Shown here in pieces: positions 32,561 through 41,978 of a DNA stretch of 64,000 nucleotides. The stretch is taken from NCBI GenBank assembly GCA_038043465.1, contig JBBTBX010000002.1, positions 110,944 through 174,943 on the forward strand. The letters run 5' to 3'. The notes below the pieces were generated by a model that was not told the DNA's origin, ran no database searches, and worked only from the letters and a program-made list of their open reading frames with translations. The DNA is from Pseudomonadota bacterium. GTDB lineage: Bacteria > Pseudomonadota > Alphaproteobacteria > Rickettsiales > SXRF01. The position numbers and the translations under genes are program-made. Each line of letters begins with the position of its first letter. Position 1 is the first letter of the stretch.

Positions 32561-33478
32561 ATGAGCTTAAACGCTGACTCGCTTATTGATAGACTTTATC
32601 TAAAAGGGCAAATTAATAAGTGGCGGGCTTTAGCTATAGTTTTTGCCGTTTTGGTGCTTTTAATCAGCGTCCGTGGCTCGCTTACGGCAAAAATGGTAGA
32701 TGGTGATTATATCGCTCGTTTTACTGTCAGCGGTATTGTTGGCGATGACCAGAAAATTTATGATCTTATTTCGAGCCTGGAAGATGATAAAAAAGCGAAA
32801 GCCGTCATTGTCTGGCTGGATACGCCGGGCGGTAGTGCTGTTGGCGGTGAAGAAATATATTTAAGACTACGCAAATTATCTGAAAAGAAACCGGTTGTAG
32901 CGGTTATGCGTTCAATAAGCGCATCGGCTGGCTATATGATTGCCCTTGGAACTGATTATATTTTTGCTCGCTCAGGAAGTATAACCGGGTCCATTGGGGT
33001 ACTGATAGAAACGGCAGAAATAACAGAGCTAGCCGAAAAATTGGGTATAAAACCTATTGCTATCAAATCCTCACCTCTGAAAGCCGCCCCTTCTCCGTTC
33101 GAAAAATCGTCACCTGAGGCGGAAAAGGTTATAAAAGACATGATTATGGACTTTTATTCCCACTTTGTTGATATTACGGCAGAAAGGCGCAAATTAACCC
33201 GTGAAAAGGCTCTAAACCTTGCTGATGGGCGGGTTTATAGCGGAAAACAAGCTGTTGATAATAAATTAATTGATGCTATCGGTGGCGAGACAGAAGCCAA
33301 GAATTGGTTGGTTAAAAACCGTAATATTCCTGAAAAACTATCGATTGTTGATGTGGAAATAGAACAGGAAGACAAGCTCTTAGACCGTATTATGAATGGT
33401 TTAGTAGGACAATTTTGGCAAAAAAGCAGAGTTGGACTTGACGGATTGCTTGCATTGTGGCATCATGAACTCAAGTAA
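32561..33478 (+). CDS. sppA: signal peptide peptidase SppA (36K type)
   Basis: N-terminal TM helix, LDTPGGSAVG and SISASAGYMIA catalytic serine region. Confidence 0.88.
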   Translation: MSLNADSLIDRLYLKGQINKWRALAIVFAVLVLLISVRGSLTAKMVDGDYIARFTVSGIVGDDQKIYDLISSLEDDKKAKAVIVWLDTPGGSAVGGEEIYLRLRKLSEKKPVVAVMRSISASAGYMIALGTDYIFARSGSITGSIGVLIETAEITELAEKLGIKPIAIKSSPLKAAPSPFEKSSPEAEKVIKDMIMDFYSHFVDITAERRKLTREKALNLADGRVYSGKQAVDNKLIDAIGGETEAKNWLVKNRNIPEKLSIVDVEIEQEDKLLDRIMNGLVGQFWQKSRVGLDGLLALWHHELK

Positions 33479-33512
33479 CTTATTATAGTTTAATAGTTTA
33501 TTGGGGATATAA

Positions 33513-33809
33513 ATGACAAAATCTGAACTCATTCTTCGCCTTTCCAAGCGTTATCCGCATCTTTACCAGCGTGATATTGAAACTCTGGTTTCTACCGTGT
33601 TTGACGATATATCAAATACACTTGTTGATGGCGGTCGTGTTGAACTCCGTGGCTTTGGTGCTTTTTCCATACGTCGTCGTGATTCACGCAAAGCACGCAA
33701 TCCTAAGAATGGTAAAGAGGTAAATATCGGCGAACGTTACGCCATTTATTTCCGCACCGGTAAGGATCTGCGCGAGCGCATTAATAAAGCTCCGGTGATA
33801 ATTAATTAG
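33513..33809 (+). CDS. ihfB: integration host factor beta subunit
   Basis: MTKSELILRLS...VELRGFGAFSIRRRDSRKARNPKNGKEV. HU/IHF fold with IHF-beta features. Confidence 0.9.
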   Translation: MTKSELILRLSKRYPHLYQRDIETLVSTVFDDISNTLVDGGRVELRGFGAFSIRRRDSRKARNPKNGKEVNIGERYAIYFRTGKDLRERINKAPVIIN

Positions 33810-33897
33810 ACTTCTTCACTAACTTATTTTATCTTCAAACCTGTCCGCTATACGCGCTGGTTTTTCCGGTCGCTGTCCGTGTTTTTTGTATAAATAA

Positions 33898-34224
33898 GTG
33901 AAGAGCCTAAACGTGAAATTGATAAAATTTTTTCTTATCTTCGTACTGGCTGTAGTTTTTATTGTTCTCTGCGTGGCTAACCGCGAGATGATAACTCTAT
34001 CCCTCTTCCCGTTCCCCTACTCTGTCAGCATCCCTGTTTTTATTTTGTTTCTGCTTTCTATGGCAGTTGGCGCGGTTATAACTGGCTTTATGCTGAATAT
34101 TCAGATTTTCAGAATGCGGCATCTGGTAAAAAACACCAAACAAAGAATGCAGGCTGTGGAGGATGAAAACAAGTCTTTGCGTAGTGAGCGTGAGTTTATC
34201 TTGCCTGCTCTTACCGATAAATAA
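33898..34224 (+). CDS. LapA/DUF1049-like inner membrane protein
   Basis: 108 aa, two TM helices then a coiled C-terminus. Conserved position after ihfB in alphaproteobacteria. Confidence 0.6.
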   Translation: MKSLNVKLIKFFLIFVLAVVFIVLCVANREMITLSLFPFPYSVSIPVFILFLLSMAVGAVITGFMLNIQIFRMRHLVKNTKQRMQAVEDENKSLRSEREFILPALTDK

Positions 34225-34235
34225 ACATAGTCAAC

Positions 34236-34883
34236 ATGACCATCGCTGTAAAAATTTGCGGTCTATCTGATGAGATTTCAGTACGAGCCGTAATAGAATC
34301 TGGAGCAGATTTTGTTGGTTTTGTGCATTATCCAAAATCCCCACGTCATGTTTCGATTGAAAAGGCGGCACAACTTAAATCATTGCTACCAGAATCTATA
34401 AAATCGGTTATGGTTGTGGTAGATCCAAACGACGAATTGCTTGTGGAAATAGCCAGTGAAATGCAGCCAGATTATTTACAGTTGCATGGAAATGAAACGC
34501 CAGAAAGACTAACCGAAATCCGCAAAAAATTTCCACAAATAAAAATAATAAAAGCCGTATCAGTGTACAATTCAGTGGATATAAAAAAGGCAGAAGATTT
34601 TTATGATGTTTGCGATTTTTTGTTGTTCGATGCCAAACCAACAAGTGGCAAGATGATGCATGGCGGTAATGGCATAGCCTTTGATTGGAATATATTGGCT
34701 GAAAGACAAATTGCTCTTCCTTGGTTTTTATCAGGCGGTCTTAATTCAGAAAATATTGCGCAGGCTATAAAAATATCAGGCGCAAAAATGGTTGATGTCT
34801 CTTCTGGTGTTGAAAGTTCTCCTGGTGTAAAAGATGCTGGGCTTATCGAAAATTTTGTAAAGGTCGTGCGCGGATGCAATTAA
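34236..34883 (+). CDS. trpF: phosphoribosylanthranilate isomerase
   Basis: VKICGLS..., LQLHGNE and [10 protein letters not shown] motifs. Confidence 0.88.
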   Translation: MTIAVKICGLSDEISVRAVIESGADFVGFVHYPKSPRHVSIEKAAQLKSLLPESIKSVMVVVDPNDELLVEIASEMQPDYLQLHGNETPERLTEIRKKFPQIKIIKAVSVYNSVDIKKAEDFYDVCDFLLFDAKPTSGKMMHGGNGIAFDWNILAERQIALPWFLSGGLNSENIAQAIKISGAKMVDVSSGVESSPGVKDAGLIENFVKVVRGCN

Positions 34884-36076
34884 ACAACACACAGCCGGAT
34901 ATAAACGGTCATTTCGGGATTTTTGGCGGAAGATATGTCGCTGAAACACTGATGCCGCTTATTCTGGAAGTTGATAAGGCTTATGAAGCAGCAAAATCTG
35001 ACCCAACCTTCCAACAGGAAATTGATTATTATTTCACTCATTACGTTGGTCGCCCTTCCCCTCTTTATTTTGCTCCGCGTTTTACCGAGCATTGTGGTGG
35101 CGCAAAGATTTATTTCAAACGTGATGAGCTGAATCACACAGGCGCACATAAAATAAATAACTGCATCGGGCAAATTTTACTGGCGAAACGACTCGGGCGT
35201 AAACGTATCATCGCTGAAACTGGTGCTGGGCAACACGGCGTGGCAACCGCCACTGTTTGCGCGTTATTCGGGCTTAAATGCGTTATTTACATGGGTGCTA
35301 AGGATATTGAACGGCAAGCACCCAATGTGTTCCGTATGAAGCTGCTTGGTGCGGAAGTTGTTCCGGTTGAATCGGGAACTAAAACATTGAAAGATGCGAT
35401 GAATGAGGCATTGCGCGATTGGGTGACAAATGTGCATGATACTTTTTACCTGATTGGCACTGCGGCTGGCCCCCACCCCTACCCTGCCATGGTGCGGGAT
35501 TTTCAGGCAATCATAGGACGGGAAGTACGCACGCAAATGCAGGCTGCGGAAGGTCGCCTGCCTGATACTCTGGTGGCGGCGATTGGCGGTGGCAGCAACG
35601 CTATTGGTTTGTTTCATCCTTTTATTGCCGATGAAAGCGTAAAAATGATTGGGGTGGAAGCGGCAGGGCATGGACTTGATTCAGGCGCACACGCTGCCTC
35701 TATAGCCCGTGGTAAAGCGGGCGTGCTGCATGGTAGCCGAACATATCTGTTGCAGGATGACGATGGTCAGATTCTCGATGCTCATTCCATATCGGCGGGG
35801 CTGGATTACCCGGGAATTGGTCCGGAACATTCATGGCTGCATGAAAGCGGGCGGGTGGAATATGTAGCGGTTACCGATGATGAAGCACTTGCCGCCTTTC
35901 AGCTGGTTTCAAAACTGGAGGGCATAATCCCTGCCCTTGAGCCATCCCACGCACTGGCGTATGTGCAGAAAATAGCTCCTACATTACCTAAAAATCATTT
36001 GCTGGTAGTGAATGTATGCGGTCGTGGTGATAAGGATATTTTTACCGTGGCTAAGGCTTTGGGGGTTGAGTTGTGA
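34874..36076 (+). CDS. trpB: tryptophan synthase beta chain
   Basis: [22 protein letters not shown] (PLP lysine) and GGGSNAIG. Confidence 0.97.
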   Translation: MQLNNTQPDINGHFGIFGGRYVAETLMPLILEVDKAYEAAKSDPTFQQEIDYYFTHYVGRPSPLYFAPRFTEHCGGAKIYFKRDELNHTGAHKINNCIGQILLAKRLGRKRIIAETGAGQHGVATATVCALFGLKCVIYMGAKDIERQAPNVFRMKLLGAEVVPVESGTKTLKDAMNEALRDWVTNVHDTFYLIGTAAGPHPYPAMVRDFQAIIGREVRTQMQAAEGRLPDTLVAAIGGGSNAIGLFHPFIADESVKMIGVEAAGHGLDSGAHAASIARGKAGVLHGSRTYLLQDDDGQILDAHSISAGLDYPGIGPEHSWLHESGRVEYVAVTDDEALAAFQLVSKLEGIIPALEPSHALAYVQKIAPTLPKNHLLVVNVCGRGDKDIFTVAKALGVEL

Positions 36077-36864
36077 AAACACGTATTGAAAAAACCTTCG
36101 CTAAATTAAAAGAACAAAAGCGCACTGCCCTTATTCCATTCATCATGGGATATGATCCAGATATGCAAACATCGGCTGAAATACTCGCTGCTTTGCCCGC
36201 TGCTGGCGCGGATATTATTGAAATCGGCATGCCATTTTCTGACCCTATGGCTGATGGTCCTGTTATTCAGGCGGCAGGTTTGCGCGCTCTTAAAGCTGGA
36301 GCGACTGTTACTGGAATTATCGAAATGGTACGGGATTTTCGTAAAACTAATAACGAAACACCAATAATTTTGATGGGTTATTTCAATCCTGTCTATCGCT
36401 ATGGATTGGACAAATTCTGCAAAGATGCTGTTATTGCTGGTGTAGACGGTATGATTATTGTTGACCTACCACCTGAGGAAGAGCAGGAAATCCGCCCGCA
36501 TTTAACTGCTACTGGACTCAATCTAATCCGCCTGATTGCACCAACCAGCGATAATGAAAGATTGAAACTGCTCACTGCCTCTGCCAGCGGATTTGTGTAT
36601 TATATATCTATAGCGGGAATTACTGGAGCGAAAACTGCTGATAGCGGAGCTTTAGAAAAACAAATTGATAATCTGCGTGGCTTTACTCAGCTTCCTGTAG
36701 CAGTTGGATTTGGAATCAAAAACCCCAGACAGGCAAATGATGTTTCCAGATTTTCTGATGCCGTGGTGGTTGGTTCAGCACTTGTGGACGCTATACACAA
36801 AGCCGATGACAAAATAAAAGCAGCAAAAGATTTTATCAGCTCTCTGAAATCCGCGCTTAGCTAA
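36073..36864 (+). CDS. trpA: tryptophan synthase alpha chain
   Basis: [18 protein letters not shown] and [13 protein letters not shown]. Overlaps the trpB stop. Confidence 0.93.
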   Translation: MKTRIEKTFAKLKEQKRTALIPFIMGYDPDMQTSAEILAALPAAGADIIEIGMPFSDPMADGPVIQAAGLRALKAGATVTGIIEMVRDFRKTNNETPIILMGYFNPVYRYGLDKFCKDAVIAGVDGMIIVDLPPEEEQEIRPHLTATGLNLIRLIAPTSDNERLKLLTASASGFVYYISIAGITGAKTADSGALEKQIDNLRGFTQLPVAVGFGIKNPRQANDVSRFSDAVVVGSALVDAIHKADDKIKAAKDFISSLKSALS

Positions 36865-36870
36865 CAGTGC

Positions 36871-39036
36871 CTAGGCAGTTTTCTTGGATTTATTATCTTG
36901 CAGAATACTGTTAATAAATTCGCGCCCGTTCTGATTATCAACGTAATGAATCAGTGTTATCACCACTCTCTGGTCAAAATAATTACCTGAATTATCCAAA
37001 AGGAATTTGTTAGCTGCCTCAATCGACATAGCATCACGCCATGAACGCGGGCTTATCATGCCGATGAAGGAATTGGCAACTGCTATAATACGTGCAGGCA
37101 TAAGAATTTTTTCTCCTTTTAACCCAAGCGGCCCCGCTCCATTCCATCTTTCCTGCCATTGTTTAAGAATTTCTGCAACTGGACCATCAAAGGAAACTTT
37201 TTCCAATAAAGATGACGCTGTATCCATCGAATGCCGTATTATATTCTTTTCATCTTCATTTAACTGACCGGTTTTAGTTAGAAGCTCCGTCGGAACTACT
37301 ATTTTTCCTATATTCATAAGGCTGGCAGCAGTTCTTGTAGCTTCTACTGTCACGCTATCCAATTCCATATCGCTTGCGATCTGATAAGAAATTTTTGATA
37401 CCAGAAGTGAATGATTAGCTGCAAATGGGTCACGCTTATCAACCAGATTAAGTAGAGTTTGCACCAGTTGCTTCTGTGTTGAAAGCCTGCGTTCACGTTC
37501 GTAATAAACCTCACTGATATCCTGCTCTACTATCAGCACCCCAGATGTTTTTGGAGGCAGGTTAGATACCGGTATTTCCTTGATAGGTACGTATCCGGAA
37601 CGAATGACAACTTCTCCTCCACCGGTATTTTTATGATAGACATCATACGTTGAATAGCCATTTTTCATAACTGTGGAGCATTTTTCTTCAATCCGTTCAG
37701 CATGGATTGTGCCTTGCACGTCAAAAACAGTTTTACCAGCTATGCTTTCTACAGACATTCCTGATTCTTCAGAAACTTTTTTATTGGCGAACCAATATCT
37801 TTGATTGGCATCAAGTATATATATGGCTTCCGGTTGGTAATCCGTAACCAGACGCAACAGATTTTCCTGTGCCTGAGCCTGAATCGCCACCTTTTTGAAG
37901 TAGCTCGATGCCATAAGTGCATGACGTGAATAAGCATACCACCACATAGCGATAATTATCAGAACTATAACGGCAATAATAAGGGTAAAGGATGTGACGA
38001 GAGCGGCGCGATGCGCACCACTATCAGAAAAAGCTTCATCCTTATCCACCTTCGTAATTAATTTCCAGTTAGTGCCACTTATATCACGAGATGTCGCCAA
38101 AACTGCCTGTTCACGATAGTCGCCAAGTTCAGAAGAAAAATTATCCTTGCCACTTGTAACATAAGCCTCAGCATTTTCTTTGGGATTAAGCTGATTTTTT
38201 TTTACCAAGGCTTCACTTCCATCCAGCAGAGGTGAAATATATTCCATTTTATCCTTGGTATCTTCAACCATACGGAGCAGCAATGTCTCAAGAGTTTTCT
38301 CAGTAGCACCCGGTTGTTTCAATAGACCAAATAAATTATCGCCTATTGTTTTTATGGCGACAATTCTACCTATCTGCCCTGCTGCATTATGCTCTCCCTG
38401 AATTGAATAAATTGGCACTGAAAAACCCATATACAGAGTCCCGTCAGAATCCTTCTGCAGTTCAATAAGACCTTCTGTTCCTGCCCCCTGTTTTTTTGCA
38501 TGTTCCAGAACTTTAGTTACGGAGGAATTTATAATCTGCGTACTAACAACTATCTGGTTGTCATCATCTATAATAGCAAGACCGCTTTTGCTATCAGCTA
38601 CCACATTCGCAGGAATGGAATCAATGCTGTTAGTTCCTATAAAACCTGCGCGTTGCGCGGTAAATACCAGTAAATTCCTTAAATAGGATTTTTGTGATAG
38701 TTCGGAATCACCACCTTTATTTACCGCTTGCGGAATCATCTGCAGTTCAGTCAGATATAGCTTAAGAGATGGATTATCCGCCAGCGTACGTAATTCAGCA
38801 AAGTTACCGGATATAAAACGGCTGACATCTTCTTTCCGGTTTTCCGCAATTAAGTTCAGCTTTTCCTTCCACGACTGCACATCGCGCACATAATCATTAT
38901 TATTAAAACGGGATATAAGCAGAAGACCAACTATAATAATACCAAACACCATTAAAACTATGGCATAAGTCCATGGTGTTTTATATTCTTTTGCTGCTTG
39001 AGAAAATTCCTCATGTGAGGGGAGTATCTCTGTCAT
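36871..39036 (-). CDS. membrane receptor: TM - periplasmic Cache-like domain - TM - PAS-like - degenerate HD-GYP domain
   Basis: 721 aa. TM1 at about aa 22-44, about 300 aa extracytoplasmic, TM2 at about aa 345-368, PAS-like aa 390-510. The C-terminus aligns by eye to HD-GYP, but it has LMNIGK for (L)HDIGK, WQERWNGAGPLG for HHERxDGxGYP, and AVANSF for AVADxxDA. AAGGAG-like RBS upstream of ATG 39036. Confidence 0.7.
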   Translation of the reverse strand: MTEILPSHEEFSQAAKEYKTPWTYAIVLMVFGIIIVGLLLISRFNNNDYVRDVQSWKEKLNLIAENRKEDVSRFISGNFAELRTLADNPSLKLYLTELQMIPQAVNKGGDSELSQKSYLRNLLVFTAQRAGFIGTNSIDSIPANVVADSKSGLAIIDDDNQIVVSTQIINSSVTKVLEHAKKQGAGTEGLIELQKDSDGTLYMGFSVPIYSIQGEHNAAGQIGRIVAIKTIGDNLFGLLKQPGATEKTLETLLLRMVEDTKDKMEYISPLLDGSEALVKKNQLNPKENAEAYVTSGKDNFSSELGDYREQAVLATSRDISGTNWKLITKVDKDEAFSDSGAHRAALVTSFTLIIAVIVLIIIAMWWYAYSRHALMASSYFKKVAIQAQAQENLLRLVTDYQPEAIYILDANQRYWFANKKVSEESGMSVESIAGKTVFDVQGTIHAERIEEKCSTVMKNGYSTYDVYHKNTGGGEVVIRSGYVPIKEIPVSNLPPKTSGVLIVEQDISEVYYERERRLSTQKQLVQTLLNLVDKRDPFAANHSLLVSKISYQIASDMELDSVTVEATRTAASLMNIGKIVVPTELLTKTGQLNEDEKNIIRHSMDTASSLLEKVSFDGPVAEILKQWQERWNGAGPLGLKGEKILMPARIIAVANSFIGMISPRSWRDAMSIEAANKFLLDNSGNYFDQRVVITLIHYVDNQNGREFINSILQDNKSKKTA

Positions 39037-39095
39037 TTTATTTCTCCTTTATAATGTCTTATGTAGCAAATTTATTTAGCAATATGAAGAAAAAT

Positions 39096-39737
39096 CTACA
39101 TTCTCGGGCGATATGTCCACCAGTAATCCTCATTTACTCCATATATTGGCCGGTAGTGGTATATATTCATTGCCGGAATAACATGCTTAATTTGATTATC
39201 GAGAATTATCATATTACTATCATCATCATATACGCCAAGTATAGCGTGAATGATGCCGCCAAGATTTAAGTCCTGGACTATAATAATCCGCATCCTATCC
39301 TCTGAAATGCCAAGTGCGCGCAAGGAATAATACTTGGAAATAGCATAATCTTCGCAATCGCCACTCACTTCCATAAATTCGTAAGGTGTTTCCCAATAGT
39401 CATTAATCCCCCAATTTAATTGATCAACTATATATGGATGAGAATTAGACCAGTCATTCACTTTATCTAATTGCTCCTTTAGGGGCTTGCCTTTTAATTC
39501 ATCAAGCATCTGCCCCCACCCTTTTATCGCGCAAGGATGATAACGGACAGTTCCACAATCATCATCTGCAATCCCCTGCTGATTTTCAAAGCGGGTCATC
39601 ACGCCTGTCCATTTAGGAAATGGAGTAAGATTCCCAAACCTCAATTCACTCATATCAAAATAGGAATTTCTGGATGCGTATGATCGCGCGGAATACAATG
39701 TAACCGACATAAAAATGCAAAGCAGGATTACACCCAT
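39096..39737 (-). CDS. bacterial transglutaminase-like cysteine proteinase (BTLCP, LapG family), periplasmic
   Basis: Signal peptide MGVILLCIFMSVTLYSARSYA. Cys-His-Asp triad context GDCEDYAISKY ... IHAILGV ... ILDNQ with family-typical spacing. The track start at 39884 would translate through a repeat element, so I trimmed to ATG 39737. Confidence 0.75.
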   Translation of the reverse strand: MGVILLCIFMSVTLYSARSYASRNSYFDMSELRFGNLTPFPKWTGVMTRFENQQGIADDDCGTVRYHPCAIKGWGQMLDELKGKPLKEQLDKVNDWSNSHPYIVDQLNWGINDYWETPYEFMEVSGDCEDYAISKYYSLRALGISEDRMRIIIVQDLNLGGIIHAILGVYDDDSNMIILDNQIKHVIPAMNIYHYRPIYGVNEDYWWTYRPRM

Positions 39738-39765
39738 TCCAACTGAAAAGTTGGGATGGGTATAC

Positions 39766-39811
39766 GAAAATCGAGGCCGAAAGCCCGATTTTTCGACGCG
39801 TAGCAGGCGTA
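39766..39811. repeat. short hairpin repeat (copy 1 of 2)
   Basis: gaaaatcgaggccgaaagcccgatttttcgacgcgtagcaggcgta. A near-identical copy lies at 41214-41258 in the same orientation. Confidence 0.65.
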
Positions 39812-40268
39812 CGAACTTTAAGAATTCCCAATTCTTGAAGTGCAAAAAATATACTATAGAATTTTTTTTATAAGGATGATTCATAATGTGGCTTTATACT
39901 ATATAAATTGAGCTATACCTCAAACTTTTCTTCTTTGCCATTGTGTTTTTTTTATCACACCAAGAACATAAATATATGCCAAAGAAGTTTTTCTTTTACA
40001 ACAAACATTAACTGATATTCTGAGCATATATTTCGGATACGTAACAAATAAACTCTAGAATAATTAAGGGTTGCAGAGAGTTATTATATATTCCATATGC
40101 GAAATGAACATGCTGTTATTTTATTTATAAAGCTGTAATCTATATTGTTTTTGCGAATAAGTGGTTTTTCTCATTAATGGAAAATTAATTATTAATGCGT
40201 ATAGAATGGAGCTATATTCATTTGCATGGTGTAACTGGATATATGTAATTACATTAATGGAGTATATT

Positions 40269-40580
40269 ATGACTATTGCAAAAAAATCTGCTAAAAAGCC
40301 AGCTGCTAAAAAAGCTGCTGCTAAAAAACCAGCCGCTAAAAAATCTGCTGCTAAGAAGCCAGCTGCTAAAAAGTCTGCTGCTAAAAAACCAGCTGCTAAA
40401 AAAGCTGCTGCTAAAAAACCAGCTGCTAAAAAAGCCGTTGCTAAAAAAGCCGTTGCTAAGAAACCAGCTGCTAAAAAAGCTGCTGCTAGAAAACCAGCTA
40501 AAGTTTCTAAACCAAAAGCTAGCTTGAGCTTAGCTGCTAAGTCTCTTTCTGGTAAAAAAGTAACTCCAATCCGCCTCTAA
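40269..40580 (+). CDS. histone H1-like Lys/Ala-rich nucleoid-associated protein
   Basis: ATG 40269 preceded by [34 protein letters not shown]... is low-complexity AKKPAAKK repeats. Followed by a strong terminator. Confidence 0.65.
   Translation: MTIAKKSAKKPAAKKAAAKKPAAKKSAAKKPAAKKSAAKKPAAKKAAAKKPAAKKAVAKKAVAKKPAAKKAAARKPAKVSKPKASLSLAAKSLSGKKVTPIRL
40290..40500 (+). repeat. about 30-bp tandem coding repeats (KKPAAKKxAA units)
   Basis: About five well-conserved 30-bp units gctgctaaaaaaccagctgctaaaaa(a/g)(g/t)ct, then degenerate units. Confidence 0.8.
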
Positions 40581-40610
40581 TTGACGGAAGGGTTAGTTTA
40601 TAATAAAATA

Positions 40611-40639
40611 GGGGGTCTCAATTGAGACTCCCTTTTTTT
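40611..40639. terminator. bidirectional rho-independent terminator
   Basis: gggggtctc-aatt-gagactccc followed by ttttttt on the plus strand. An A/T-rich tract also follows on the minus strand. Lies between convergent ORFs ending at 40580 and 40671. Confidence 0.8.
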
Positions 40640-40670
40640 ATTTGTATTTGTATGATCACAGGCGCAGATA

Positions 40671-41066
40671 TTAAAAGTTAAGCCTGTAATTCATCATAGC
40701 AGCATTTTTGCGTACACTATACTGCATGTTAGAATTTTCAGGAGCATAGTGCAATTCGAGCTGTTTTATCCCTATTTTCCCTTCTGTTACATAACGCAGA
40801 GATAAATTGCCGCCTGTTATTTGCTCTTCATGCAGCAGGAAATAGCCGTCACCGCGACGATTCCCAATTTCATTCGCCAGTTTAGTTATTTCCGGATCGG
40901 ATATGCCGATAGATCTCAGCATCTCCAAAATTTTATCTACTTTTTTTTGTTTGAGGTTGGCATTCGCATATTTGCTTTTATGCTCTAGGTTTTCTGCGGC
41001 CACTGCCACGTGATTTTCTATCATAACGAGTAGGAGTGCCGCAACAACTACTGATATTATTCTCAT
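40671..41066 (-). CDS. hypothetical secreted protein
   Basis: 131 aa. Signal peptide MRIISVVVAALLLVMIENHVAVAA. C-terminus ...MMNYRLNF ends in Phe. Confidence 0.45.
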   Translation of the reverse strand: MRIISVVVAALLLVMIENHVAVAAENLEHKSKYANANLKQKKVDKILEMLRSIGISDPEITKLANEIGNRRGDGYFLLHEEQITGGNLSLRYVTEGKIGIKQLELHYAPENSNMQYSVRKNAAMMNYRLNF

Positions 41067-41181
41067 ATTTTAAATCTATCATAAAAATGCAAGAAAAACA
41101 ATAAAATTTTACCGTTATTTAACTATATATTAATTTATGCTGCGGTGCAAAAAGCTACATGCTTACCCCCTCGTCTATTGT

Positions 41182-41208
41182 CGTTATGTATAAGAATTAT
41201 ACATAACG
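41182..41208. repeat. perfect 11-bp-stem hairpin
   Basis: cgttatgtata-agaat-tatacataacg. Confidence 0.6.
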
Positions 41209-41213
41209 GCTAT

Positions 41214-41258
41214 GAAAATCGAGACCGAAAGCCCGATTTTTCACGCGTAGGCAGCGTA
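41214..41258. repeat. short hairpin repeat (copy 2 of 2)
   Basis: gaaaatcgagaccgaaagcccgatttttcacgcgtaggcagcgta. Compare 39766-39811. Confidence 0.65.
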
Positions 41259-41303
41259 TCTTCAAATAAGATGCTGTACAGTTCTTATTTGGAATTACTA
41301 TAG

Positions 41304-41438
41304 TAAAGACCTCTGCATAATGCGTTTTTCGTCATTGCGAGGAGGCGAAGCCGACGTGGCAATCCAGTAAAATTAAGCATCATAGAAAGATGGATTGCTT
41401 CGTTTCACTCGCAATGACGCATTATGCAGAGGTCTTTA
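41304..41438. repeat. about 135-bp long-hairpin palindromic element (MITE/REP-like, GTCATTGCGAG type)
   Basis: Outer perfect 21-bp arms taaagacctctgcataatgcg / cgcattatgcagaggtcttta. Inner arms cgtcattgcgag / ctcgcaatgacg and gcaatcc / ggattgc. Confidence 0.8.
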
Positions 41439-41445
41439 GTATTAA

Positions 41446-41730
41446 TTATATGTCCATATTGTCCACAGCCTTAGCTAACATGGTTTTACGCCGGAAATAA
41501 GCATTTACAGCATTTTCCAGTTGTGGCCAGCATAAACCTGTCTGCCCTTCAAACTGCTCATTAGCAATTATAAATACCTCCATTGCTTCCCTATTGGTAA
41601 GATTAGGCAGGTTATTTTGCTCACAGATGAAGTGAATATCATCAATATGCCACAAATTATCCACAAAATAACCATGAGATTTAAGTAATTCTCTAGCAAA
41701 TTCAACAATTTTTACGTCTAATCCATTCAT
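41446..41730 (-). CDS. hypothetical protein
   Basis: 94 aa, no motif recognised. Divergent from dnaK. Confidence 0.45.
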   Translation of the reverse strand: MNGLDVKIVEFARELLKSHGYFVDNLWHIDDIHFICEQNNLPNLTNREAMEVFIIANEQFEGQTGLCWPQLENAVNAYFRRKTMLAKAVDNMDI

Positions 41731-41887
41731 ATAATTTTAATCCCTTATTAATAATAATTGCGGATATCTTAATAAAGATTAATTATTAATATTTAGTTAA
41801 TATTTCTTAAGAAAATACATTTTTTTGCATATTTTTCTATTTTTTTTCTATTTTAAGGGTTTTTTCAAAAAATATTTCAAACAGGGT

Positions 41888-41917
41888 GTTGTCATTCCAT
41901 TTTTATTTCCTATATCT
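41888..41917 (+). promoter_or_regulatory. candidate RpoH (sigma-32)-type heat-shock promoter for dnaK
   Basis: gTTG (41889-41891), 17 nt, CCTATAT (41909-41915). Resembles the alphaproteobacterial CTTG-N17-CCTATNT heat-shock consensus. About 60 nt upstream of the dnaK ATG. Confidence 0.3.
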
Positions 41918-41978
41918 CGTTCATCAGTCAATATGAACAAAACAATTTATAATAAATCAATTCTAAGGAGAGTCTCTC

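Noticed and set aside
39738-39884. Upstream extension of the BTLCP ORF (MNHPYKKNSIVYFLHFKNWEF...RVEKSGFRPRFS...).
   Set aside because: It reads through the repeat element 39766-39811, which recurs in non-coding DNA at 41214-41258. A signal peptide begins at the internal Met (39737).
40276-40527. Alternative-frame ORF across the Lys/Ala repeat ([19 protein letters not shown]...) and the upstream extension 40161-40268 of the histone-like ORF.
   Set aside because: The AKKPAAKK frame has an ATG with a GGAG RBS at 40269 and matches known H1-like proteins. The Leu/Lys frame lacks an RBS. This rests on inference only.
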